From Ptychomitrium polyphyllum (lineage: Eukaryota): 64,000 nucleotides of DNA. The stretch covers positions 15,686,001 through 15,750,000 of the forward strand of contig OZ316775.1 in assembly GCA_973851085.1 (NCBI GenBank), written 5' to 3'. Shown here piece after piece: positions 12,212 through 25,500 of this stretch (position 1 is the first letter of the stretch; every line of letters starts with the position of its first letter). The notes beneath the pieces are model-generated. The model did not search any database and had not been told where the DNA came from. It worked only from the letters and a program-made list of their open reading frames with translations. The position numbers were made by a program, and so were the translations under genes.

Positions 12212-13504
12212 AGCTTTTTACCTGTGCTGAGACGAAGGAAAGCTGCAGAACGTACACAGGGTCCTTCAAGTTATGACAAGATTGAGCTTGTTCTGCTGGT
12301 TCTCGCGGAGAAGGAAGCTTTGCTAGGCAGCGCACATCATGCAACTGATGCTGGGGTCGGAAATCTCATGGAGGGCGCCTAGTTGAGAACCCGCCCTTCG
12401 GTTTATTGGCATGAAGCTGTGTAGAGGAAAAGAGGGCCCAGATCACGGTGGTGGTGTGGAAGCGAGGGTGACACTGAGGGACGACGAAGTGTGAAGCCGA
12501 CCAGATGAGCCCCGAGAAGGTCTCTTCGTCTCCGCCGATGGAAATCAACGGTCCATGCCTTAGATTCTAGATAAAAGGACATTCAAAAATTCAAATGAAT
12601 ATATGCGTCTTTCGAAGTCCCTCCACCGACTTCTGGGCGCCGTCCGAGGGATTTCTCTCGGCGAGTCGAGTGAAGAACTTGCATGCCTTGGGAAACTGGT
12701 AGTTTTCAGTGGCGCCATGCCGCCTTCGCCTCCTGGAATGCTGCGGAGTCGGACTTGCTGCGTCTCCAACATCGTTTCCGACAAGGATTTATAGAACTGT
12801 GATCAGGTGCCCACGTTTTCGCGCTATTATGTGTTTTTCTTCTTTTTCGGTTTTTGTACTTTTTTCCAGTTTTGCAGTTTTGTATGTGGAGCGAAGCAGC
12901 CATGGTTGCATCGGAAGTACAGTGGTGGGATGCAATTGGTTATGCAGCGAGCATGTGTAGATGTCCAAAGCTTCTAGTGGATCCTTCTCTCGTTAGCTCT
13001 TGTGGCTCTAACTAGCACTTATCTAGCAAGGCAATGTTGAGGGCCGCCGCGGGTTTTCGGTCCCCGCCCATTGAAAGCTTTGTTTGCCATTCGCTTGGGT
13101 TATCCATTTTGTTGTGATTGGCAATGGAGGATTAGTCAATCGGGACGTGGCCACAGTTTAGCTGTCGGTAGGGCTTCGTAGCAAGACGCATTGATTACCT
13201 GCGTTGGTAGTACTCTCAGTGTCAACATTCATCTGTTCGCTTGCCGATTAAAATCGAGGTTGCGCTTCGGCAGCTTTTCAATGAAGAATACTGTTTTGGT
13301 CGACTACGAATATCGTTTTACATGCCTCAGCAACCCTTGGTGTTGGGGCGGAGGCCTCCTTTGAGTTGGTTTTTTACGCTCGGAATTTGCTGACCCTGTG
13401 CTTTGTGCTAAACCCTAATTAAGAAGGTTTTCATTCGCAGTTATTGCAGGCAATTTGAATTCGATACGCAAAAACCTGCGAGCTGAGGAACAGCGCATAT
13501 TGAG

Positions 13505-15802
13505 ATGGTGATGGGCTCTGCGTCGCCCTCGTGGAAGGATAAACCCTGCCTCTTGGGTATTGATGAAGCTGGACGTGGTCCTGTTTTAGGTCTGTACGAC
13601 TTCCCCTATCTTTGAAAGTCTATTATGCTACTTGATGCGGATTCTTACAGCATTTCTTGGATTTTAGGAATCATGTATTTCATCCCTCGTGAATATTTGC
13701 TGTGCAGGACCCATGGTGTACGGATGCGCTTACTGTCCACTCGACCAGAAAGAGCGGATTTCTACTCTGCAGTTCGCAGGTACGTCCATCTCCCACTCCT
13801 TGTTCCTCGATCTTATAACTTGGGGTTTTTTCTTTTGTCCTCGATTAAATCCCATTATCACTCGACAGTAGGTTTTCTTTATAACATTTTGAAACCTAAT
13901 TTCCTCGTATGTACTATATCATGCTTCAACTTGGCAACTCAGTTAGAAGTGTAACACCACTGACTTCGGGGCCTGTTTTCCACCGGCTATAGAGAAACGT
14001 TCTGTGCTGACAAGTTTTGCATTTGGGTTTCGAATTTACCATTGACGGTCTAGGCATGCACACGAGCAGATTCCAAAGTTTTGACGGAAATGAAACGAGA
14101 CGAGCTGTACGAGAGCCTCCTGGCCGACAGCTTAATGGGGTGGGCTGTAGATGTGATTGATCCCAAGGACCTATCTGCGAAAATGCTGCGAAGGTGAGTG
14201 CAAAAGCATCGTTCATTAGCAGCACGCCGCATCACTTCAAGGCTAGATGATGCTGCTGAATGCACACAATTGAAGGCTCAGTTCAGGCTAGAGGTCCAGT
14301 GTGTGAGGGTTTTGAGGATACGTCCCATTAGTGCTGGTTTGGGTTTCAGTCGGCTGTGTTAACTTTGCTTTGTCATACACTTTGCAGGTGTGAATTATCC
14401 TGTGAAATGATAGTGATGACTCTGTTGTTTGCGTCTTCAATCTCGAGCTGGGCACGATTGCTATGTCATCTTAGTAAACCTGTGGCTCCAATGTGCAGAG
14501 AGAAAATCAGTCTCAATGCTATCTCCTTCGAATCAGCTATGGGTTTGATAAGGAACACGTTAAACCTAGGGGTTCTTTTATCAGAGGTGCGTTCAATGAC
14601 TACCAGCTGCATTAGGTGGTGATCTTCAAAAACATTGCTTGCTCTGCTAACCATATTGTGGACAACCGTGCACAGACGAAGAGCATGTAGAACGCGTATT
14701 TCGGTCACTTGGAGATGTATTGCAAAGTGACAAACATGGTATAAGCTCTGTCATGGGTCTGCAGGTGTATGTCGACACAGTTGGTGATCCTGAAAAATAT
14801 CAGGCCATGCTAACAGAGCGCTTCCCCGGCATCAAATTCACTGTGTCAAAGAAAGCTGATAGTCTGTTTCCCATCGTCAGTGCAGCTAGTATTGTTGCTA
14901 AGGTTAGGTTGTGATTCACCTTGAACTCCCTCTGGAATATAAGCAGTGATGTATATACCCGTACTTAGTTCGGCATCCATTGTGGTATTAAATGGCTGAT
15001 GATTAAAACAAGATAAACTTTGCACCGTTGTGTCATTTTTTCTCAGAACAGGTAACCAGGGATAGAGCACTGCGAGACTGGGTTATGGATGAGACTGGCA
15101 GAGAGATCGCTCGAGGCTTCGGCTCAGGCTATCCTGGAGGTGAGGCTCCCTGAAAGCTGTCCATCTGATCATTTCAAAATCATGTCGCAGGATTTAATTG
15201 ACTCTTAGAATTGAATCAGCGTATTATGCTTTTTCTCTCAGTTAGATATTTATGGGATATGTGATCAGGATTATGACTATTTGTGTTTAGATCCTGAGAC
15301 CAAGGCTTGGCTCGAAGACCATGTCAACCCAGTTTTTGGATTCCCATCTCTTGTACGCTTCAGCTGGTCGACTTGCAAACCATTCTTGACAAAAAGTGGC
15401 GTTGATGTTTACTGGTAGGTCTCTCTCATTTTAATGAGTGCAAAGTTCTGTGCATCAAATTGCAATCAGAGAACACGCTGAACTTAATTATTATTTTTGT
15501 GAAGCTTTAACCAGATAATAGTACAATTTCCCGTTTTTAACAGTTTCATCACAGTCGAGAGAGAACTCATTGAAGAACGGTGCCATTTGACAAAAACATA
15601 GTCCTACTCTAATACAGCTGCACTTTGTCAATCTCAATCATTCTGATATATTGCTTCGCATTGATCCAGGGAAGATGCTGATGACGAGGATGATGCAGAA
15701 AAGAAGAGGAAGCCTTCTTATATTGAAGATGAGTCATGTGCTCCTGACAGGCATTCATATTTTAAATCTCGCAAATTACAGCAAGTGGTTACCCGCCTTT
15801 AA
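13505..15802 (+). CDS. RNASEH2A: Ribonuclease H2 subunit A (catalytic), 8 exons
   Basis: Exons 13505-13589, 13708-13779, 14070-14193, 14499-14586, 14765-14902, 15052-15139, 15291-15414, 15670-15802; motifs [66 protein letters not shown]. Start could be ATG 13505 or 13511. Confidence 0.96.
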
Positions 15803-16560
15803 TACATTTTTTTAGGATGGAATACGGAACTGATAAAATCTTACCTGCCGCTGTAGGGAAAAGTTTATTGACCAGGTTCAGAAATGATTTAGTCGAGATA
15901 CCAAGAAAAGGATCAGGATTACTAACTGCATTTCAGGAACTTTTGGTATTTCTCAGGATTAAGTGACTTAAATCCTCTTGTAAGTTGTGGCTGCAACTAG
16001 TTAAAATGGCTTTGCTACATATCTGTTGCAACAAGTCATTACGCAGTTGCTGCTTGCATCTTGATCATGTTCTAGAATTAAATGAATGATTCTGGTCCTG
16101 CACAATTTTGTCGTATAAATGTACCACGTCATCATTTGAGTGTGACGTTTTGACAGTCCAGAACAGTGATTATCAAATATAGTTCTACAACAATTGTAAG
16201 CATTTTATGTTTGTCTGGTCTACATTTATGCTGCTCTTAATTTGAATATTGATTACTTTAGGAACATGAATTGTGGTCTTGTACTGTTGAGCATTTGCCA
16301 AGCCTTTTCTGGGAAGCTTCAGCTTTTCGCCTTTGAAATTCAGTGTAACCTTCTAAGTACCAAGGAATTTTCGAAGTGAATTGAAATATACGCAGGAAGT
16401 GACCGACACTCACCAACTTTTGTCTGCTGGTAAGGTTTATTGAGTTTTATGTGTAAATATGTCAATGCGCTACAGTTGCATAATAACCTGCAGACTTTCT
16501 GAATTCAGGTAAAAAGACATTCTTTGAAAGAGGCTCAAGTCGTGCATGACTAGAGACCCT

Positions 16561-16594
16561 TTTACACAGCTCTCTTTACACAGCTCTCTTTACA
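16561..16594. repeat. 14-bp tandem duplication
   Basis: TTTACACAGCTCTC x2 plus partial TTTACA. Confidence 0.8.
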
Positions 16595-19500
16595 AAATGT
16601 CCAAAGGAAATGTATAAATTGTACTTCATTGATTTCATTCTACAAGAGTACATTCACCTCTATAGTCATTTATTTGGGTGCTAGACAGCTTTAGTCTTCC
16701 AGACTGTAGAATCATGGATTTTGTGTGGATTTGTAGCCTTCTTTTGTTAATGATTTGATTTTGGTTCTCAACTTATTATTGCCTGTAATACAATCAACTG
16801 ATTTTGATAAGATGAACGTATTAGTGAATGAAAGAGTGTTGTATCAAATGACATTTGTTGAAGACCCCTCTAAATACCCCGTATAAAAGTATAATTTCAT
16901 CTCTAAAGAAAAAAATCCCCCAAACAGAACAATTCTATTGATATCAAAAAATTCAATTGAAACTTGACGTCATCCATGAGTTCAATTTATCAACTTTAAT
17001 TTCCACATCTACTAGCTTGTTGCAACATGCATTTATTTTAATTTATTATTTTTCTTTCACATTCTAAGATGAAGACGAGTAGTTCTAACTTCTGAAAAAT
17101 ACCATGGTGATGGATGTAATAATTTTTCTAAATGTAAACTTGTTCTATATATATAGGAAAAGGCCATAGTCAAAAAAAAATAAATAAATAAAAAATCTTA
17201 GATTTACATTTAAAATCTTTTCTCAAAAAAATTAGAAAATTATCAAATTTCAAACATATCAACTTTAGTATTTTTTAATTTTTAATATGTGATCTAGAGA
17301 TTTCAATCTTAACCTCCATCTCCAATAATTCCAAAGCTCCTTCAAATACTTACAATTCCAAAGAGCTTTGATAGATGGACTCTAAAGTGAACAAGAATTG
17401 AATCAATTGAGTCAATTGCTTTTAAAATGAAGACTAAATTTTGGAAAAAATATTTCAATGGTAAATAAAAACTCCATAGTGTAAGTTTAACTCTTTATAA
17501 GGTACTTGTTAGGATCTCATTGTCAATTGTAGGCCAACTACACTAGTTTATTCTTGAAGTGTTTATTCTAATAGTACAATTTTTATAACATTAAATCACC
17601 AGGAAATCAAAAGTGTGCATGATTAAATGAAATGTCTACAAAATCATCATGCCTTTTAGATACAAGGCCATCATAATCCATGTTGTTTCAAAAATCATAT
17701 TCTATATCAAAAATCATAAGAAATAAGAAAATTTGGAACCTACTATTGGTAGTATCAATTTTGGAAATCAACACAAGAAACTAAAAATTACCTACACCTA
17801 TTTTGTTTTGCCCAAGGTTTTATTTGAGGAACTCAAATATTCTGGTTTATGAGTATTTAATCCTGGTTTTTGAAGTCCTACTCAAATTTTAAAATCCATA
17901 GCTTATTTTAATATAGTAAAATTTACATTAAAATTTTTTGTTCTCCTAATTATAAAAATCATGTTCAATAGCAATAAGAGACAATTTTGATGCACTTACT
18001 TTAAACATAGTGCTACAATATAAAAGAACACCTTCAAAAAAGTAACATATTCTTTTTTTCACATGAATTCAAGATTATGTATATTAATCAAATACACAAA
18101 GAGTCCATTTCAAACCACATGGACTAAGAGTAAATTTTCCTGAACCTTTCATGAAATTGCTCTCCATTCTCTAATACATACATGAATCACTTTAAAGGGT
18201 GGGGCACTAAACCTAGGGGCTAATTTATCATGGTAGACTTCTGTTTGCATGTTGGCCTCTGCTTCATGCCAAGTGTATACATTCTGAGATCACGCATGTG
18301 ACCAAGTGCCAAAATAATTCAGCACCCTAGTCATAATCAGATGACACTTGTGGCAAGATATTATGGAATCACTTAGCATTCATAATTCATTCCAAGAATG
18401 GTATTCCTTCAATATACTAGGTGTTTGTAAACTCATCTTCTCTACTTTTAAACATGGAAGAATGGCTTACAATGCAAGCCTTCCAACATGTGTGTTTAGT
18501 CAAGTAAATAAAACCTTATGACATTGCAATATGTGTTGCAATCATGAATAAATACACCATGAAGAAAGAGATGAGACCATGGGTAAGATTTTAGTTGGAG
18601 AAAGGGATAAGTTTCCAATTAACTCTATTCATTCTTCAAAAGTAAAATGTCCAATAATCAATGCGCATAATATTCAAATAATACAAAACTTGCTTATGTA
18701 ATTGTGCTTGGGAATGGAATCTAAGGTTGAATACTTTAAAGTTTAGCTAAACTTCTATAATAGAAATTCAATCTCTTACAAGATGGTTGCTAGGATCTTC
18801 TTTTCTTGATTATAGCCTAAATTATACTAATTCACCATTGAAGTACTCACCTTTATATTACAATTTTGTTGTGTTATTATATAATTCTACCTTTACATAA
18901 ATGCTTGGTAATTTTTTTCCCTTAGGCAATCCTAAAAGAAGAAAATAACATGTGAATTTAGCAATTAACTTTTGAATTGGAAGAGATAAAGACTCATTTA
19001 ATGTAATGCAAATAAATTTATTTATAAATTATGTTATATGCAATATTAATTACATTTTTTGGTTTAATCACAGTGTAGTTGTTGCTTCCATTTAGTTTTA
19101 GAATTTGTAAATTTATGTCTAGCATATTTGTTAACCTCTATGTTTTGGTTTTATTGGCAATTCTTTCCAAATTTTAGTGACTATTATAGTATCTTTGAAA
19201 CTTCTTTAATTTCATTTAAGCATCAAAATCCAAATTTTTTACCTTTTTGTAACTCAATCTCAAATTAATTTAATAAATGGTTCAAGCCTTTATCATAAAG
19301 AAACCATTAACAAATATTATTTGAAAGAATGAAATCCATGGATTGATCAAGAATGTTATAATGATTTTATTAGCATTAATTGAAACATTGCTTATGTATT
19401 TGATTTGTGGTGGCATATAGAAGGCCGTTGCCAAAGAAGAAAATTATTGAAATAATTCTTTAAAACACTTCATAAACTTAAAAAAATTAAATATAATCAA

Positions 19501-22500
19501 GAAATTCTTTTAAAACATAACATTTTATTTGATACTAAACAATACTTCTATTGAGCCATATGTATTTTATATTCAATAAATGGAATAATCCACAAAAATG
19601 AGTGGGTTGTAACATTATTAATACATATAATTTATAATAATTTTATCTATAAGAAATTCATTTATTTATTTGTAAGGAAAATGGTTATTTCATGGAATTT
19701 TTATCACTTAATTTTATAATAAATAAAGAATTATTTGACCACCATTTATTTGACCTTCTAAATTCAATAATATAGTTGATTTTGTAAGTTTATTATATAT
19801 TATGATGGCTTTAAATCATTTGACTCTTATACAACACATAATGAAATTATTTATTTATTCCTTACTAAATTAGTTCAAATAAAGGATGGCCAGTTTTTCA
19901 CACCTCAAGGAAAACAATGCAAATTATAAGAATTCTTTGAAAAAACGATTTAAAGGTTAAAGTAAATCTAAATTGTTAATTTTTATTAAAAAAATAAAGA
20001 CAAATGTATCATTTTATATCAATAAAATCTCCCAATTTCAATGTTTGATATCTACAATAAATTATTTCTTGCCTAACAATATACTATTTAATTTTTTTTA
20101 ATTTCAAAATATTTAAAAAAACTCAAGAACAATATAACTCACCATTCTTAGTAAATTTTGAATTTTCAAAGGATTGTGCTTAGATAGGTAAAATTAGCTT
20201 GTAGATGAAATGTAAAAAGAAAAAAATTATTTAATAAGATTGATAATGTCCAATTATTTTGAAAAAAAGAGTTACTACTATTTCTTATTTTTATTTATGA
20301 ATAGGCCAAGAAACATCTATTTATTAAAGAAAAGAGTTTTTTTTTTTAAAATTGCAAAATTATCTTAAATTTCTCAAATTGTGAAGTTAATGGAAGCTTT
20401 TGGTATCAATGGAAAGTTCCCAATAAGAAAAGCTACACATTGGTGCTTTGACAAGTTTTGGAATCAAAGAATGGTAGATATTGAATCTTAAAGTACTTTC
20501 ATTTTACAGGTAAAAAAAAAATTAATCTGAAAAAAACCATAGTTGGGTCAAAGACAAATGACACACTTGTACAACTTATGACATGATTTTATTTTTGTAT
20601 TATATGTTTTAAACTATACATTTCAATGCACTTAATATAATTATTTGCAAAGGATTTTTTATTGGTTCAAGTTCAAATAAGATGTGGTTTTAACAAAACA
20701 AAACAAAAAAACTATTACATAGCATATCAGCTAAAGTACCCAAAATGTGATTCTGGTGAGTTGTAATATTATCTAAAAGACATTCAACTATATCCTTCAA
20801 ACATTACTGTATAACCGTTCTTCAGTCATCATGTTATAAATTACTCTTTCAAGCTAAATCCCAAAAAGGATAGCAGAGCTACATTTGTACACACCATTGC
20901 CAAACACCCTCCTACCATCACGAAGGAGTGCACCTTCCTTGAATGCCAGCCAGAGCACAAGCACTGCAAGTGACTGTTATGTTCTCTACACGTCAGCCAA
21001 AGCCTAACTACACAGAAGTAAGTCACACGGCGAGTTGCATGAAATGTCAGGCAGGTGTTTGTGCGACGTCAGTGGTGAGAATTATTGTCATGTTTGTGAT
21101 GTGACTGGTGTCTGAGGGTACTACTCCTGTATCCATTAAAGGCCGACATGATCAGATCATAGCAGTATATCGGCAGCCGAACGCCCTTGCTGATTAATAC
21201 GACCATCCAACAGAGATTCCAGCATTGTTAATGTGTAAAGCATCCCATGATCCCAGAAGTGCAATTAGCTGGCATGTTAAACCATGTCAACCCCTGGCCT
21301 GATTCTCAAGATATGTTGAATTTCTAAGATGCCAGTCAAACACAGCTAGGCCGGGCTGGACTGGGCTACCAACGTCTGCACGCTTCCCCAAGCGGCAATG
21401 TGGTCGAAGAATATTAGGTGTTAGGTTGTGCAAACTGCAATTCATGGCAATCAGAGACATGAAGCACATTCAAGTTCCAACACGAGAGTATAAAATTTAG
21501 ATAACCATTCGCACGCAATTTGAACAAAAATGATAGTGCCACATGCAGGATGAAACCAAAGAAGAGAAGTATGCAAGTGTGGAAAGAATGACCTTCGACA
21601 ACATTGCCTTCTATGTTCAAGCCGCCGGATTTCCAGCGTCAGGCGGAAGAGGCTTCGATGAGGAAGCCTTGGCAGGACGTGAATCTACGTCCTGGAAGTG
21701 CGGCGGAAGGCAGCTGGTGACTTGCCATGCATTGGACTGTCGAGATAGTGTCTGAGCGTAACGATCATCTTGAAATCGGGGCTCACTGCATTCACCACCA
21801 TATTCTACGAGATTCGTCGGCGTCGTCGTCAGGAAGCGGTAGCACGTGCTTGTAGCTCCGGGTGACGGGATTGCACACGCAGACTGATGCCGACGATAGC
21901 AATTTACTGAAGCACAGCAGCCCCCGGCCTCCCAAGCGAGAACAAACTTCGCTTCTTTCGGCAGAAATAAGAGCGGAGGAAAATGCAGCCACATTTGAGT
22001 GTGACGTGAAATGATGCAGTGAGACAAAGAGTGCATTGTTGAACATTCGATCGCATAATCAGGGATCAGCAAGCATAATCAGTGCCAAAACCTCCTGCAA
22101 CCCCCTGATTGCACTATGGACTTATGGCTTCTCTTAATCACCGAAAACTAATAAGTGTTGGAATCTTTCAGCCTCAGCACCGCCGGATTCAACGCCGAGA
22201 AGCAACAGGAAGTATGCAAACCATTAATATTGCAGCAAGAAATTGAAGACTCTGAGCACAAGGTATATGTGAGTATGGTAATGATCGTTGCGAACTGTTG
22301 TATCTGCACTAGGATAACTTGATAAGACTCGTTGCCCAGTGATATTTAATCCTTAGTTTGGTGATGATCTCTTGAAAAAATCCCAGTGGCTCCTATCGGA
22401 GACAATCAGAATCATAACATGGATATTACACCATTGTTCACGAATTCCAGGTTATTAAAAATTCACTCAGGGGATCAAAAAGTCCTTTCACCACGTAATG

Positions 22501-25500
22501 CCGCATCTGCCAAGCATGCCAAAACTTGGTTTACGAGCCTGGCCACAATCGAGAAGGTAATGTCCTGTGCCGGAGGTGCTTTTCAAGCAACTGCGCGATT
22601 CGATTGCACTCCTTTTAAAACCCTATCGAATAAATCATACGGTAAGTTACTCTGGTGTCGACGACGTCGTCATTCTCGCTAGCTCGGAGGCCACGTCTCA
22701 CTCGGAGTCGCCCGCCCGTGCGCTTGCGGCTCAGGTTTTAGGTTTTCGGATGTAGTTGACTATTATTAAACAGCATTACGAACGCGGCCGACAGTAAACT
22801 TCAAATCCAATGTGCTCCTAGCTAGTGCTTAGTTGAACTTCAGGGAACTCAGAGAGAGGCAACAGCCGCATAGACCAACACTAGAAAAACGTGGTCCCCA
22901 ATCCCAGCTACTATTATTTCTGCGCTGCTCGGCTTTATCAGGAAGGACAGCGACATGAGCAGGAATTTGGGTGGACAGTAGAGGACTAGGGCCGCCACAC
23001 TTCTCATGCATGCCATGTCCACCGTTGCCTTCACCGTCGCCCGCAAGCAGTACTAGATCTTATCTAAAGACTTGGTCGAAGACCCATCGGCAATACGGTG
23101 TGTATGCACAACGATGAGATCGAATTCATATCCAACACTCTGCGGAACGCCGGCATGGATCTTATTTCCTCAACAGCAGCAGCTGCTTCATCGTGTTGAA
23201 CATGCTGCTGCTGCTCATTGGATCTACTAATATAGGTACACTTACTGGAATGCAGGTAAAACAGTATATAAATAAACAAATAAATATTTATTTATTTATT
23301 TACTCATTGATCCCTCTGTAGTAACTCCTGACGCAAAGTATAGTTTAACTTAGTGTCGATTATTCAGCTGGCGCCTCCATGATAGCCTCGATGCTCTCTG
23401 AATGCAGGCTAACTTATCTCTAGGTACCCAAATACAAGCGAACAAACAACACAGCCAGCTAAACTGAGACCGATCGTGATTCGTCTGCAGTCAAAAGCCA
23501 CCTCGACATCCCAGCTGGCAGCGACTGGTAGGAACACAAATGGAAAGGGTGGCTGGACTGTGGAGGATGCGCATGAGCGGGCAGCCAGGTGAATAGAATA
23601 ACATTATACAGTGCATCGTCAAGAACAGCCGCTTCACCTGTCTGTATCATTATACTTTTTAATACGAACACGAGATACCTTACAAATGACTAAAAATTTG
23701 TTCAGCCGCTTCACACGAAGCTAGACACAGTGGCGCAGTAACTCGGCAGTTCAAACACTTGGGGTTCATGATCGGTGCCAATTCCGGAGCCGAGGAGCAG
23801 CGTCCTCCAAAGAATTCATTGATGGGGAGGCTGCCAAATCGGGCAAGCCATTACGCATGCATGTGATGCTCTGGCGCCGTACTTGCTGTATATTTAGCTC
23901 GGGCCTTATAATTATGCTAATTGGAAAAGAATAATTTAGTTGGAACTCAGTGGAATGCTTCTGCCAGGTTGCGCCAGAAAACGCTCCGAAAAGTCGCCCT
24001 GTTCAGTTGGGGCTCCCAAGTTCCGACTACAGCCCATGATTCAACCGACCCTATTTTGCAGGAGTCTCCTTTTATCAGGCCTGCCCGCATCCATTTTCTC
24101 CTACCCGTTCACCTGCCCGTCCATTCTTTAGTTTTGTGGTCGTGCCCGTTCTCTGTGCCTTTTATTGGTTTATCAAAGCATATGGGTTGCGATGCTGAGA
24201 TGTTGAGCCCTCCTTGCTATCATGGAGTGTCTCGAAAAATGTGGCTTTGTTTGATTTTTTCGGATTACCAATTATGATGTCTGGCATATGTTTTGGTTTT
24301 TATATGTTTTTACAATGTAAGCATTATATGTTTGATTGGTACATAAGATAAAGAGTCCTAAATAGAAATATAAAATTCTTTTAAGTGTCCAAATATTTTT
24401 TTAATATTAAAATATGTTTAAGTTGAAAAGGACCTTGAGCTATTAAAAGATAGTCATATCAAAATTATCTTTTATGTTTAAATTTTTTTATCACAATTGA
24501 TATTCAATAAAAAGGTAGATGTTTTTGTCATTATGTGGGAGTTGGAATAAAATAAGAGAAGATGACAAAAGACAACAAATGAAAGAAGGTGATAAAAAAC
24601 TAAAATGAGGGAAGTTGATTAAAGACCATAATTAAGAAAAGCTTATAAAAGGTGAAAGAAGATAATGAAGTTGACATTCAAAAGAAGTTTGGACACAATA
24701 AAGAACGGCATGAAAATAATATTAAAAGCTTGTATTTGTGAATTAACAAAACCTTGTAGTTATTGGCCTTAAAGATTGGAAATTCATGATTATAATTTTT
24801 TTAGGCATTCCTTTCATGTACAAAATTTTCAATATTAAATCTTGGAATTTAAAGGCTACATTTGTATATGAAGCAATTTCATGCATTCAAATACCTCAAC
24901 TAATCATAACCTATTTTATATGATGTTCCAACATTGCCATATTCCAAAGCCTTGAAGATTTTAAGATATAGGCATGTCCATAATTACATGAGCCTTTAAT
25001 AGACCAAAAGCCTTGGTTATAATTACAAACCTCTACTAAGATGAGTGACATGAAAAAATTAGCTACAAATTTAATGTCACCAAGCAATAACATTTTGAAA
25101 GGCCAATTTGATTTCAATATTGCATTCACAACTTTTTTTTAGGCCTTTGAATTAATATCAATGGGGCAACATTTCTTTACAAGATTATGCTTGTTTATTA
25201 CTAGTGAAGCACACAAAATAAAAGAATGATTATTTGAATTTTGTTGTATCCATTTAGGGTAATTTTATTTTTTTTGCATCTATACATTACTTACTTGTTA
25301 TAATAATAAAAATCTTTTTTAGTCCATAAAGTAGCAACTCTCTCTATTTCTTGCAAAAATTGGTTTAGTACATCATTGCTTTTAAATAGTCATTTCTACA
25401 ATTACAAAATAGTTTACTACAATTATATTAAAGGATGTGTGATTGAAGGGATTTTTTTCTAAATTTTCACATTATTTTACGTACATAGTGTATATATTTA

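Noticed and set aside
21617..22072. 151-aa minus-strand ORF as a protein-coding gene or CLE-like precursor
   Set aside because: Non-ATG start, no signal peptide, and the C-terminal PLPPDAGNP does not fit the CLE consensus.
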